This document shows positions 54,409 through 64,000 of a DNA stretch of 64,000 nucleotides, piece by piece. Source of the stretch: an uncultured delta proteobacterium. GTDB lineage: Bacteria; Myxococcota; Myxococcia; Myxococcales; Myxococcaceae. Under the pieces are notes generated by a model that saw nothing but the letters and a program-made list of their open reading frames with translations, was not told where the DNA came from and made no database searches. The stretch lies in NCBI GenBank assembly GCA_963796055.1, contig CAWCKH010000004.1, positions 3,168,001-3,232,000 of the forward strand, read 5' to 3'. The translations under genes and the position numbers were made by a program. The stretch's first letter is position 1. Every line of letters starts with the position of its first letter.

Positions 54409-55346
54409 AGCAGTCCGAGGTCGTGCTCTGGTCGTCGGGTGCGCGGTTCGGCCACTACGAGATCCTCGCGCCGCTGGGAAAGGGCGGCATGGCCGAGGTG
54501 GTGCGGGCGCGCACGCTCGATGGGCCGTGGGCAGGGACCGAGGTCGCCATCAAGCGGTTGCTGCCACAGCTGGCACGGGCACCCGAGTACGTACAGCTGT
54601 TCGCCAAGGAAGCCGAGCTGTCCATCGCCTTGCGCCATCCCAACATCGTCCAGACGCTGGACGTGGGGGCCATCGGAGGGGTGGCGTATCTGGCGATGGA
54701 GTGGGTCGACGGGCGCGACCTGGGCCAGGTGCTGCGCCGCTGCCGGAAGCAGACCATCGCCCTGCCGATCGACTTCGCGGTGTACCTGGCGCGGGTGTTG
54801 CTCGAGGCGCTGGACTATGCGCACCGGGCGGAGAGCGCGAGCGGGACGTCGCTGCACCTGGTGCACTGCGACGTCTCGCCCTCGAACGTCTTCATCTCCC
54901 GGGTGGGCGAGGTGAAGCTGGGCGACTTCGGCGTGGCGCGGGTGCGGGTGAAGTCCGGGGTACGGGACGCGGTGATCGCCGGGAAGCCGTACTACCTCTC
55001 TCCCGAGGCGACGGCGGGCGAGGTCACGCAGGCGGTGGATCTCTGGGCGACGGCGGTGGTGCTGTTCGAGCTTCTGACGCTGGAGCGGCCCTTCCAGGGC
55101 AGCAGCCCCCAGGAGGTGTTCGGGGCAATCCGCGCGGGACGGAGGGCTGGAGTCCGGGAGCGTCGGCCGGAGGTGACCGCGGGCCTGGAGGCGGTGGTCG
55201 ACCGCGCTCTGGCCAAGGACCCCCGTGCGCGGTTCCCGACGGCGGCCGACTTCGCTGGGGCGCTGGAGCCGCACTGTGACGAGCGCATCGGCACCCCGCT
55301 GGCGATCGCCGCGCTGGTTCGCGGACTGTTCGGGACCGCCGGCTAG
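54405..55346 (+). CDS. Hanks-type Ser/Thr protein kinase (kinase domain only)
   Basis: LGKGGMAEV, VAIK, HCDVSPSN, DFG, YLSPE, DLW; GTGA overlap. Confidence 0.93.
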   Translation: MKQSEVVLWSSGARFGHYEILAPLGKGGMAEVVRARTLDGPWAGTEVAIKRLLPQLARAPEYVQLFAKEAELSIALRHPNIVQTLDVGAIGGVAYLAMEWVDGRDLGQVLRRCRKQTIALPIDFAVYLARVLLEALDYAHRAESASGTSLHLVHCDVSPSNVFISRVGEVKLGDFGVARVRVKSGVRDAVIAGKPYYLSPEATAGEVTQAVDLWATAVVLFELLTLERPFQGSSPQEVFGAIRAGRRAGVRERRPEVTAGLEAVVDRALAKDPRARFPTAADFAGALEPHCDERIGTPLAIAALVRGLFGTAG

Positions 55347-56449
55347 GTCGGACGGCGTCTGGAGAGAAGTCGATCGAGCGCCTGGAGGAGGGAGGTCACG
55401 TCGGCCTGCGTCGTCTCGCGCCCGAACGAGATGCGGATCGAGCTCCGGGCATCCTCCACCGACACCCCCATCGCCAGCAGCACCGGCGATGGCCGCATCG
55501 TCCCCGACGCGCACGCCGCGCCCACCGACACCGCGAACCCCTCCAGGTCCAGCGCGATGAGCAGCGTCTCCGCATCCACCCCCGGGAAGCACACGCTCGT
55601 GGTGTTGGCCAGCCGCGACACCCCCGCCCCGTGTACCCGCGCCTTCCACGGTCCCGCCCGCAGCGCCCGCTCGAACCCGTCACGCAGCGCCGTCACCCGC
55701 GCCACTTCCGCGGCCCTCCCGGCCTCTGCCAGCTCCAGCGCCAGGGCGGCCGCCTCGCAGAGCACCACCGCCGGAGTACCCCCTCGGAGACCGCCTTCCT
55801 GGTGCCCTGGCACCAGCGGCTCGAGCCGCACAGAGCGCCGCACCGCCAGGATGCCCACCCCCGCCGGCCCGCCGAACTTGTGCGCCGAGTACGCCACCAC
55901 GTCCGCCTCGAACGAAGGCCTCAGTCGCCCCGGCGCCTGCACCGCATCCACGAAGCTCACCACCCCCCGCGCCCGGGCCAGGGCCGCCACCTCGTCCGCC
56001 GGCTGCACCACCCCGGTCTCGTTGTTCGCCGCCTGCAGCGCGCACAGCGCCACGCCAGGCGCGCCGAGGGCCGCCTCGTAGCCTCCCGCCGGAACCCGCC
56101 CATCGCCGCCCGGATGCAGCTGCACCACCGAGGTCCCCCGCCGCTCGGCCGCCAGCAGCACGCAGGGGTGCTCGATCGCGCTGGTCACGAGGGTGCCGCC
56201 CCGGCCCAGCCCGAGCACCGCCGTGGCGCAGGCCTCGGAGCCGGAGGCGGTGAATAGCACCTCGTGCGCCGGACGGCCCAGCACCCGGGCCACCCGCGCT
56301 CGCGCCGCGTCCAGCCGGGCCCGCGCCGCCCGCCCCGCGCCATGCACACTGCTCGGATTGCCCGCCCGCTCCCGGCGAAACGCCGCGGCGAGGAACTCCG
56401 CCACCTCGGGGAACAGCGGCGTGCCGGCGTTGTGGTCGAGGTAGGTCAC
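55343..56449 (-). CDS. Cysteine desulfurase (IscS/NifS-like)
   Basis: YLDHNA, GNPSS.H, EHPCV, ANNETG, DAVQ, SAHKFGGP, GAACASG. Confidence 0.92.
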   Translation of the reverse strand: MTYLDHNAGTPLFPEVAEFLAAAFRRERAGNPSSVHGAGRAARARLDAARARVARVLGRPAHEVLFTASGSEACATAVLGLGRGGTLVTSAIEHPCVLLAAERRGTSVVQLHPGGDGRVPAGGYEAALGAPGVALCALQAANNETGVVQPADEVAALARARGVVSFVDAVQAPGRLRPSFEADVVAYSAHKFGGPAGVGILAVRRSVRLEPLVPGHQEGGLRGGTPAVVLCEAAALALELAEAGRAAEVARVTALRDGFERALRAGPWKARVHGAGVSRLANTTSVCFPGVDAETLLIALDLEGFAVSVGAACASGTMRPSPVLLAMGVSVEDARSSIRISFGRETTQADVTSLLQALDRLLSRRRPT

Positions 56450-57567
56450 CGCTCGAGGGCGGCGCTCTTCCCGACGAGCAGGAGCGACCGCGGCCGTTCC
56501 CCCTTCACCCCGAACGCCTCCAGGAACGCACGGGTCAGCACGCGCCGCAGCGCCGCTGCCGCCCGCCCGGGCGGCAAGGGCAACCGCGCTCCGGCCATGC
56601 TCCCGTGCCCGCCGGCCGATCCGCCGCGGTCCTCGCAGATGTCGCGGATCAGCTTCCCGGCGTTCATCCGCCGGTCACGCACCCGCAGCGACACGTAGAG
56701 CTGCCCGCGGAAGGTCCCCATCGCCAGCGACCACTTCATTCCTTCGAGGAAGCTCAGGCGCTCGGCCACCTCGGCGACCATGTCCGGCGAGTACACTTCG
56801 CCCAGGTCCACCGTCACCACCGTCTGCCCGTACAGCCGCGCCCGCCCGATCGCCGAGTGGTACAGCCGGAAGTACTCCGCCGGCAGATCCGGGTGCTCGA
56901 TGCGGCCGAGCAGATACTTGTCCACCCGGGGGAAGAGCCAGAGGTACGCGTCGATGTCCGCCGGCGTCGTCTGCCGTCCAAGGTCCCGGCTGTCGGTCTT
57001 GATGCCGTAGAACAGCGCGGTGGCCACCTCCACCGAGGGCTCGAGCTTCGCCGCCCGCAGGTACTCCACCACCATCGTCGAGGTCGCCCCGTACTCGCCG
57101 CCCACGTCGGCGAACGGCGCCCCCAGGCTCTCGTCCCGGAGTGGATGATGGTCGAGCACCACCTCCACCGGGTACTGCGCGGGCACCGAGTGGTTCCCCA
57201 CCGGGGGCTGGGTGTCCACCAGCGCCAGGAGATCGTGCTCGTCGAACACCACCTGGCTCACCGGGATGATCGGCAGCTTCAGCACCTTCACCAGGGCCAG
57301 GTTCTCGGATCGGCCGATGATGCCCCCGTACACCACCCGCGCCTCCACGCCCGCGCGCTTCTCCAGCAGGAAGGCCAGCGCCACCGCCGAGGCGATGCTG
57401 TCGGGATCCGGATTGTCGTGGGTCAGCACCAGCACCCGCTGGCGCCCCCGCGCCAGCTTCAGCAGCTCGTCGAGCTTGCTCCGGATCGGCAGCTCGGCGA
57501 GCACGCGTTCCGGACTGGGAGGGTCCTCGGTCTTCGACCGGCTCGAGGAGGATGAAACTGACGGCAT
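56446..57567 (-). CDS. DHH family phosphoesterase (NrnA-like)
   Basis: THDNPDPDS, LVDT, LDHH, GIKTDS, AGGHG. Confidence 0.9.
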   Translation of the reverse strand: MPSVSSSSSRSKTEDPPSPERVLAELPIRSKLDELLKLARGRQRVLVLTHDNPDPDSIASAVALAFLLEKRAGVEARVVYGGIIGRSENLALVKVLKLPIIPVSQVVFDEHDLLALVDTQPPVGNHSVPAQYPVEVVLDHHPLRDESLGAPFADVGGEYGATSTMVVEYLRAAKLEPSVEVATALFYGIKTDSRDLGRQTTPADIDAYLWLFPRVDKYLLGRIEHPDLPAEYFRLYHSAIGRARLYGQTVVTVDLGEVYSPDMVAEVAERLSFLEGMKWSLAMGTFRGQLYVSLRVRDRRMNAGKLIRDICEDRGGSAGGHGSMAGARLPLPPGRAAAALRRVLTRAFLEAFGVKGERPRSLLLVGKSAALER

Positions 57568-57577
57568 GCGGGGCCTT

Positions 57578-58408
57578 TTACTTCCGGATCAACGAATGGA
57601 GAAGCCGGAGCCCTCTTGCATAATGGCCCGGATTCGGGGTTTCCAGGACCGCCGGTGTGCCCTGGAACCGCCCGTCGTTCACCAGGAATCTGAACGCCGG
57701 CAGGCCCATCGTGCCTCGGCCGATCTCCGCGTGCCGGTCCACCCGCGCCCCGCGCGGACGCAGGCTGTCGTTCAGGTGGAAGCAGCGGATCCGCCCCTGG
57801 CCGAACCTCCGGACGGCCTCGTCCACCACCGCTCCGGTGCCGGCTTCGGTGGTGAGGTCGTATCCCGCGCTGAAGAGGTGGCAGGTGTCCAGGCAGACGC
57901 CGACCCGTCCGGGCGCATCCACCCACGACAGAATCTCCTCCAGGTGCTCCAGCCGGTGCCCCAGGCAGTTGCCCTGGCCGGCCGTCACCTCCAGGCAGAC
58001 CCGGACCGCCAGTCCGGGCAGCGCCCGGTGGACCTCGTCCAGCGCCCGTGCCACCAGCCGGAGCCCGCGTCGAGGCGACGGATGCGAGCCCGGATGGAAC
58101 ACCAGCGAGCGGATCCCCAGCGCCTCGCAGCGGAGGAGCTCCTCGCGCACCGCTTCCAGGCTCCTGGATCGGATGAGCGGATCCTCCGAGGCCAGGTTGA
58201 CCAGGTAGCTTCCGTGGGCGATCGCCGGGAGGGCTGCCGCCCGGGCCGCTCTGCGGAACGCCCGTCTCTCCTCGGGATCGAGCGGCGGGGACGACCAACC
58301 CCGCGCCGAACGGGTGAAGATCTGCACCGAGCGCGCCCCGTGCCCGGCGGCACGCCCGAAGGCAAGCGACACCCCGCCGGCGACCGATTCGTGCGCCCCG
58401 AGCCTCAC
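57578..58408 (-). CDS. nfo: Endonuclease IV
   Basis: GAH.S.AGG, QIF, HGSYLVNL, HPGSH, E.TAGQG, DTCH, HLNDS, DRHAEIG, LETP. Confidence 0.95.
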   Translation of the reverse strand: MRLGAHESVAGGVSLAFGRAAGHGARSVQIFTRSARGWSSPPLDPEERRAFRRAARAAALPAIAHGSYLVNLASEDPLIRSRSLEAVREELLRCEALGIRSLVFHPGSHPSPRRGLRLVARALDEVHRALPGLAVRVCLEVTAGQGNCLGHRLEHLEEILSWVDAPGRVGVCLDTCHLFSAGYDLTTEAGTGAVVDEAVRRFGQGRIRCFHLNDSLRPRGARVDRHAEIGRGTMGLPAFRFLVNDGRFQGTPAVLETPNPGHYARGLRLLHSLIRK

Positions 58409-58418
58409 ACCACCTGGA

Positions 58419-59252
58419 TCAGTTGATCGCCCGGTAACGCCGCGCCTGATCGCGGAAGAACTTCAGCCCGTTGTCCAGCGAGTTCTCCATCGCGTCCATC
58501 ATCAGCACCCGGAACGAGGCCGGCGTCCCCCGGAACGACTCGTAGTACCGCTGCCGGTCGATGGAGTGGATGATGCACGGCAGGTATCCGTGCCGGGCGA
58601 GGATGAGGTTGGACGTCATCCGCGCCACCTTCCCCGAGTGCTCGCTGAAGGGAAATACTTGCAGAAACTGGAACTGGAAGGTCGCTGCCTGCTTGATCGG
58701 GTGGTACTCGCGAAACTCGGTCGTCCCGGTGAACTCGATCAGCTTGTCGAGCAGCCCCTGGATCTTCGCCGGCTGGGCGATGTCGTGGAAGTAGGTCCGG
58801 TGCAGCGGCATGTCCTTCCGCAGCCCCGCCCGCTCCCGCTCCTTGGCCAGCTCCTTCTCCGTCCGCTCGCGGCGCTCGAGCTGCGCCCGCATCGCCTGCG
58901 CCTCGGGCGTGTTGCCGAGCAGGAGGTCGTGGACTCGCTTCACCGTCGCCATCGGCACGGCGGAGGCCTTGCGCCCCGAGGTGCGGGCCTCCTCGCGGAT
59001 GTAGTCGATGGCCCCCTTGTGGTTGCGGATGTCGAGCACCGCCGGAAGCAGCGAGGCCTCGGGCGGGGCGCCGCTCGGGTCGAGACCGGCAGCCAGCTCC
59101 TGCTCGTTGTACACCACGCCCTCCAGCGCGTTGTCGTGATAGACCCACGCCCGCTCGAAACGCGCCATGAACTCCGGCGCCTTGGGATGCTCCCCGAGGA
59201 GCTCCCGCAGCGCGTCGTTCTTGTCGTCGATGTCCTGGTAACGTTCCTTCAA
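58419..59252 (-). CDS. Fic-domain protein with a degenerate active-site motif
   Basis: YHDNALEG (inhibitory-helix-like), HPIKQAA, FPFSEHSGKVAR in place of HPFxxGNGRxxR, RQRYY. Confidence 0.8.
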   Translation of the reverse strand: MKERYQDIDDKNDALRELLGEHPKAPEFMARFERAWVYHDNALEGVVYNEQELAAGLDPSGAPPEASLLPAVLDIRNHKGAIDYIREEARTSGRKASAVPMATVKRVHDLLLGNTPEAQAMRAQLERRERTEKELAKERERAGLRKDMPLHRTYFHDIAQPAKIQGLLDKLIEFTGTTEFREYHPIKQAATFQFQFLQVFPFSEHSGKVARMTSNLILARHGYLPCIIHSIDRQRYYESFRGTPASFRVLMMDAMENSLDNGLKFFRDQARRYRAIN

Positions 59253-59340
59253 GGGGGGGCGGGGCGCAGCGGAGGGCGGGGGAGGCTAATCGGGCCAGAC
59301 GCAGCGCGCAAGGCCCGTTCGCCCGTCCAGGCGCGAGCGC

Positions 59341-60288
59341 TCACACATAGGTCAGCCACTCTGCGTACCGCGCTTCCTGCCCGCGCACCACCCGGAAGTA
59401 CGCCTCCTGGACCTTCCGCACCACCGGCCCCGGCACGCCGGCGCCGATCCGCCGGTTGTCCACCTCACGGACCGGGGTGATCTCCGCCGCGGTGCCGGTG
59501 AAGAACACCTCGTTGGAGATGTACAGCGCGTCGCGGGTGAAGGTGACCTCCTCCACCGGGTGCCCCATGTCCTTCAGCATGCGCAGCACCGTGCGCCGGG
59601 TGATTCCGGCCAGGATCGGCGAGGACAGCGGGGGCGTCCGCACGATGTCCTTCTTGTTCACCATGAAGATGTTCTCGCCCGACGCCTCGGCCACGAAGCC
59701 GGTCATGTCGAGGAGGATCGCCTCGTCGTAACCGGCCTGCACCACCTCGCGCTTGGCGAGGATGCCGTTGATGTACTGCCCGGTGATCTTCCCCCGGACC
59801 ATGTTCACGTTCACGTGCATGCGGGTGAAGCTCGACACCTTGGCCCGGATGCCGTCGCGCATCCCCTTGTCGCCCAGGTACGCGCCCCAGTCCCAGGCGG
59901 TGATCGCCACCCGGGTGGGGTTCACCGCGCCGAGCCCCATCGCCCCGTCACCCATGAAGGCGATCGGTCGCAGGTAGGCGCCGTTGGCGAAGCGCTGCCG
60001 CTGCACCCGCACCACCTCCAGGCAGGCCTCGCAGAGCTGGTCCTCGGTGAAGGGCAGGGCGAGCTGGATGATGTGACACGAGTCCGCGAAGCGCTTCATG
60101 TGCTCGCGGAGCCGGAACACCGCCAGCCGCCCATCATGGGTCCGGTACGCCCGGATGCCCTCGAACACCCCCAGCCCGTAGTGCAGGGCGTGGGTCATGA
60201 TCGGCACCTGACCCTGCGCCCAGGGGACGATCTTCCCGTCGAGCCAGATGCTGTCTGCGGTGAGGACCGCGTTGGAGGTCGAGCTCAT
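59341..60288 (-). CDS. ilvE: Branched-chain amino acid aminotransferase
   Basis: HALHYG.GVFEGIRAY, K..GQY, EASGENIF, LAGITR, TGTAAEITP. Confidence 0.95.
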   Translation of the reverse strand: MSSTSNAVLTADSIWLDGKIVPWAQGQVPIMTHALHYGLGVFEGIRAYRTHDGRLAVFRLREHMKRFADSCHIIQLALPFTEDQLCEACLEVVRVQRQRFANGAYLRPIAFMGDGAMGLGAVNPTRVAITAWDWGAYLGDKGMRDGIRAKVSSFTRMHVNVNMVRGKITGQYINGILAKREVVQAGYDEAILLDMTGFVAEASGENIFMVNKKDIVRTPPLSSPILAGITRRTVLRMLKDMGHPVEEVTFTRDALYISNEVFFTGTAAEITPVREVDNRRIGAGVPGPVVRKVQEAYFRVVRGQEARYAEWLTYV

Positions 60289-60334
60289 CTCGGGGCCGAA
60301 CCACCGCACGCCGCGGCCCCCGCAGTCAAAGGCT

Positions 60335-62440
60335 TCAGAACGTCTTCTGCTGCGCCAGACGCGCCGCCCAGGTCAGGATGCTCAGCTCCCGGAGCGCCTC
60401 GGTGCAGCCCGGGTTGCATTCCACCGCCTTCTCGTACTCGCCCTGCGCTTCCATCGTCTGGCCCAGCGCCTTGTGCACGTGGCCCTTGTAGAGGTGCGCC
60501 CGGTCCAGGGTCGGGCTGCGCTCCACCGCCTCGCCGAGCAAGGTCAGCGCCTGCCGGCCGGCGGCGGCATCGGCCGGGGCGCGAGCGTGGGTGGCCCAGC
60601 CGAGCAGCGCCAGGAACTCCCCCTCCTCGGGCTGCAGCCGCACCGCCTCGGTGAACGCCGCGTGCGCGCCCGCGGTGTCGTCGGCGGCCAGCAGCTGCTC
60701 ACCCCGGCGGAAGGCGCTCTCCGCCTCGAGCATCCGCCCCACCGCCTCGCCCACCTCGTGCTTCACCCCGCCCTCGCGGAGCTCGGCCCGATACCGGGCG
60801 CGGGCTTCCGGGTCCACCAGGGTGTCGTGCGCCTGCCCGACCAGCTCGGCTATCTGCTGCCCGAGCACCTGCACCTCGGGTGAGCCGGCGGGGCCGTCCA
60901 GCCGGTACTCGCGCAGCAGCTCCACTGCCGCGAACCGCACCGCCTCCGGTGGAGCGTCCGGCCGGATGCCCAGCAGCTCGAAGTAGTCCATCCGGCGCAT
61001 GGCGGCGAGCGTGCCGAGCAGCCGCTCGCGGAGGTGCCCCTCGTCGTCGCCGGCCGGGACCTCGTCCTCCAGCTCCAGGACCTCCTCGTCGTCGTCCCAG
61101 GGACGATCGCCCGGGCCCGGCGCGACCGCGGCCTTGATCGGCGTGGGCGGGGGCGGCCTCATCCGGCGCTCGGCACGCAGCTCCACCATCTGGGAGGCCA
61201 GCAGGGCGTAGAGGAACCGGTCGGTGTCCAGCGGGGACAGCGGCCCCCGGCGCCGGAGCTCGCGCACGGTGCGGCTACCGTCCATGAGCGCGAGGAGGCC
61301 GGACTCCTCCTCGCCGAGCGACATGTCCTGCGCCGCGAACAGCGGGTCCTCCGCCGGGTGGACGTACTTCCCGGCGACGTCGCCGAGCGCGGTCAGCAGG
61401 CGGGCGGAGTCGTAGCTCCGCTTCACTCCCTCGTAGACGATGGCTGCGGTTGACATCTGCAGGCGCACCGTCTCCGCCGGTGGCTGGGCCCTGGAGTTGA
61501 ACTGGAACTCGCCCCGTGCCCAGCCGAACACCTCGAGCAGCTTGAGCCGCAGCTGCAGCTCCAGCGCGTAGCGGAGGTTGTGGGGGCTGATGCACCCCAT
61601 CTCGATCAGCACCGTTCCTTGCTGGCGTCCCTCGACCTTCATCCGCCGCAGCGACTCCTCGCAGTCCGCCTCGGAGATCATCCGCTCGCGGACCATCACC
61701 CGCCCGAGGCACTCCGACAGCCGGTTGCTCTTGACGCTCTCCGGCGCCCCGCCGCGGAAGAAGACGATCTTCTTCACCTTGTCCCGCCGGAGCAGGAGCC
61801 CTCCGGTGGCGCGGCGGCGATGGAGATCGGCCAGCAGCTGGGGGAAGGCGCGGGTCTGGAAGTCGCCCCGGTCCGCCGGCGCCGAGCCCGGGGCGGGCGC
61901 CGGGCCCGTGCCGGAACCCGTCTCGGCGGAGGTGGAATCGGCTGCGGTGGACTCCACCAGGGAGGCCTCGGCCTCCGCCCGCGGATCGGCCAGCGGCTCG
62001 GAGGCCGGCTCGGGCGCGCCGTTGGAGGGTGGGGCGGGCGGCGGCTGGGGGAAGCGGTCTCCGAGGACGCCCTCCAGCTTCCCGAACAGCTGGGTGAGCT
62101 TGAACGGCTTCTCCACGAATCCGGCCGCGCCGTGGCGCTCCACCGCCTGTGCCTGGTGGATCTTCGTCTTGTAGATGCCGGAGAGCATCAGCACCGGAGT
62201 CCGCTCGCCGCGCGGGGTGCTCTTGATGCGCCGGGCGACCTCGTAGCCGTTCAAGACTGGAAGGAGCACGTCCAGGAGCACCACGTCGAACGGGTGTCGC
62301 TCGAACGCCGCCAGGGCCGCCTCGCCGTCGCGCTCCACCGTGACCCGGAAGCCCTGCCGGGTGAGCGCATCGGCCAGCATGCGCTGGACGTTGCGGTCGT
62401 CGTCGACCACCAGCACGTGGACGGGGTCCGTCGGGGCCAC
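60335..62440 (-). CDS. Multidomain response regulator: receiver, DUF4388-like, degenerate J domain, TPR
   Basis: VLVVDDD/LLDVLLP/KPF; ATGGLLLRRDKVKKIVFF..G; DYFELLGI; C-terminal TPRs; start set at GTG 62440. Confidence 0.85.
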   Translation of the reverse strand: MAPTDPVHVLVVDDDRNVQRMLADALTRQGFRVTVERDGEAALAAFERHPFDVVLLDVLLPVLNGYEVARRIKSTPRGERTPVLMLSGIYKTKIHQAQAVERHGAAGFVEKPFKLTQLFGKLEGVLGDRFPQPPPAPPSNGAPEPASEPLADPRAEAEASLVESTAADSTSAETGSGTGPAPAPGSAPADRGDFQTRAFPQLLADLHRRRATGGLLLRRDKVKKIVFFRGGAPESVKSNRLSECLGRVMVRERMISEADCEESLRRMKVEGRQQGTVLIEMGCISPHNLRYALELQLRLKLLEVFGWARGEFQFNSRAQPPAETVRLQMSTAAIVYEGVKRSYDSARLLTALGDVAGKYVHPAEDPLFAAQDMSLGEEESGLLALMDGSRTVRELRRRGPLSPLDTDRFLYALLASQMVELRAERRMRPPPPTPIKAAVAPGPGDRPWDDDEEVLELEDEVPAGDDEGHLRERLLGTLAAMRRMDYFELLGIRPDAPPEAVRFAAVELLREYRLDGPAGSPEVQVLGQQIAELVGQAHDTLVDPEARARYRAELREGGVKHEVGEAVGRMLEAESAFRRGEQLLAADDTAGAHAAFTEAVRLQPEEGEFLALLGWATHARAPADAAAGRQALTLLGEAVERSPTLDRAHLYKGHVHKALGQTMEAQGEYEKAVECNPGCTEALRELSILTWAARLAQQKTF

Positions 62441-62462
62441 CTGAACGCTCTTCCTACCATGC

Positions 62463-64000
62463 TCACTGCTGGAGGACACGGACGTAGGCCGCCCGCACGG
62501 TGGCTGCCATCGCCCTGTACTCCGACAGGAACGCACCACCGGCGTCCGGACCTCCGTACCCCAGCCGCCGCGCCAGCAGCAGCAGCGGCCGCCCGCGGGT
62601 GGGGAGGTGCTGCAGCGGTCTTCCGTGCACCAGACGCTGCCGGCTCTCCACCCGGCGGAGAAAGAGGTAGCCCTCCCGCAGCTGGGCCGCGTCCTCCCGG
62701 CGGAGCTTTCCGCACGCGGCGAGCGCCGCCAGTGCCTCGAGCGTTCCTGGCTGGCGCACCGCGGGCACTGCCGCCCCGTGCAGCAGCTGGAGGTACTGGG
62801 TGGCGAACTCCACGTCCACCAGGCCTCCCTGCCCGGTCTTGGGGTTCAGCCGGTCCACCGACTCGCCCGCCACCTCGCGCTCCATCCGCATCCGGAGCCG
62901 GTGGATCTCCTCGGCCGCACCCTCGGGCAGCGGGCGCTCCCAGACCAGCGGGGCGAGCGCAGTGCCGAGCAGCCGCTCCCCGTAGGCCACCTCCCCGGCC
63001 ACCGCCCTGGCCTTCACCAGCGCCTGCCGCTCCCAGAGCTGCGCGCGCCGCGCGTGGTGCTCCAGCAACGCCTCCTCGCTCACCACCAGCGGCCCCTGGT
63101 TCCCCGAGGGACGGAGCCGGGTGTCGACCTGGTACAGCCTCCCCTCCCGGTACTGGAGCGTGAGGAGCGAGAGAAGCCGTTGCACCATCCGGGCGAAGTA
63201 CTCGTGGTGGCCGAGGCGTCCCTGGGTGCCGCCGGTGGTCTCCTCGTCGGCGCTGGAGCCATAGACGAAGAGGAGGTCCAGGTCGGAGTGGTAGCCGAGC
63301 TCGCGCCCGCCGAGCTTCCCCATCCCCAGCACCGCCAGCGGCGCCCGCCGTCCGTCCCGCATCCGGGGAATTCCCCACCGGGACCGGGCGTGCTCGGCGG
63401 CGAGCAGCACCGCGTGATCCAGCAGCCCGTCGGCGAGCGCGGTGAGCTGCCGGGCCACCTCCGGCACCTCCAGCTCGCCGGCGATGTCGCCCAGGCCCAC
63501 CCGGAGCACCTCCTCGTTCTTGAAGCGGCGGAGCGCGCCCAGCAGCTGCTCCGGGTCGTCGGTGGCCCGGGCCGCCCGACCGTCCAGCTCGGCCCGGATC
63601 CGCTCCGGCGGCTTGTGCAGCGCCTCGGCGTCCCAGGAGACCAGCTGGTCGAGCAGCTCGGGCGTGCGGACCAGCTCCGCGCTCAGGTACGCGCTCTGTC
63701 CGAAGAGGTCGAGCAGGCGCCGGGCGACGGCCGGCCGCTGCTGGAGGAGGCGCAGGTAGCCCGCCGGGACCGAGAGCGCGGAGGCGAACTCGGCGAGGTA
63801 GAACAGCGCCTGGTCCGGGTCCGGGCTCCGCGCCGCCCCCTGGAGCAGCTGGAGCGCGATGCCCGACGGCCCGGGGCCCTCCTCCAGCCGGGCCGCCCCC
63901 AGTACCCGCCGGAGCCGCTGGACGGAGGCGAGCGCGGCCAGCCCGTCGTCGAAGCCGCGACGGGCGAACGCCTCCGCCCGGGTGGCGTCGTCCACGTCCT
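62463..64000 (-). CDS. glnE: Glutamine synthetase adenylyltransferase, C-terminal part (5' end beyond the window)
   Basis: LGMGKLGGRELGYHSDLDL, VDTRLRPSG, WERQAL, K...GGLVDVEF..QYLQL. Confidence 0.95.
   Translation of the reverse strand, partial: DVDDATRAEAFARRGFDDGLAALASVQRLRRVLGAARLEEGPGPSGIALQLLQGAARSPDPDQALFYLAEFASALSVPAGYLRLLQQRPAVARRLLDLFGQSAYLSAELVRTPELLDQLVSWDAEALHKPPERIRAELDGRAARATDDPEQLLGALRRFKNEEVLRVGLGDIAGELEVPEVARQLTALADGLLDHAVLLAAEHARSRWGIPRMRDGRRAPLAVLGMGKLGGRELGYHSDLDLLFVYGSSADEETTGGTQGRLGHHEYFARMVQRLLSLLTLQYREGRLYQVDTRLRPSGNQGPLVVSEEALLEHHARRAQLWERQALVKARAVAGEVAYGERLLGTALAPLVWERPLPEGAAEEIHRLRMRMEREVAGESVDRLNPKTGQGGLVDVEFATQYLQLLHGAAVPAVRQPGTLEALAALAACGKLRREDAAQLREGYLFLRRVESRQRLVHGRPLQHLPTRGRPLLLLARRLGYGGPDAGGAFLSEYRAMAATVRAAYVRVLQQ

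Noticed and set aside
1..64000. Mobile elements, prophage, defence systems, tRNA or rRNA genes
   Set aside because: No transposase, integrase, phage, restriction or toxin-antitoxin motifs, no cloverleaf or rRNA-like sequence, and no obvious low-GC island.

Overview
Very GC-rich bacterial chromosomal segment. The gene content (Hanks-type kinase, receiver-DUF4388-J-TPR protein, RpoH-like sigma factor, 6S RNA/5-FCL/ymdB/tyrS block) suggests a myxobacterium, but that is inference. I call about 60 CDSs, mostly housekeeping or metabolic: an arginine operon (argJ fused to an ArgB-like domain, argR, argG, argH, argF), a frameshifted FixJ/LuxR-type regulator with a 108-bp tandem duplication, TctBAC, class II ribonucleotide reductase nrdJ with tandem NrdR boxes, two orphan duplicated ABC permeases, an oxalate module (oxlT, oxalate-CoA ligase, PanE2-like reductase), a Tat-exported HiPIP, a MocR-regulated divergon, a queD-folE-SDR-FAD oxidase operon, lipid catabolism genes, rlmE, tyrS, 6S RNA, and a glnE-RR-ilvE-fic-nfo-DHH-iscS run. 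I saw no rRNA, tRNA, CRISPR array, transposase, integrase or phage gene. The best leads are: (1) the ArgB-like domain fused to ArgJ has lost every recognisable catalytic motif but keeps the arginine-binding signature, so it may be an arginine-sensing pseudokinase; (2) a sigma factor lacking most of domain 3 behind a leader with two alternative folds; (3) the oxalate module; (4) a shared palindromic operator before two lipid catabolism units; (5) a Fic protein without the catalytic His. All calls come from reading motifs by eye. No database search was run, so novelty is not established.
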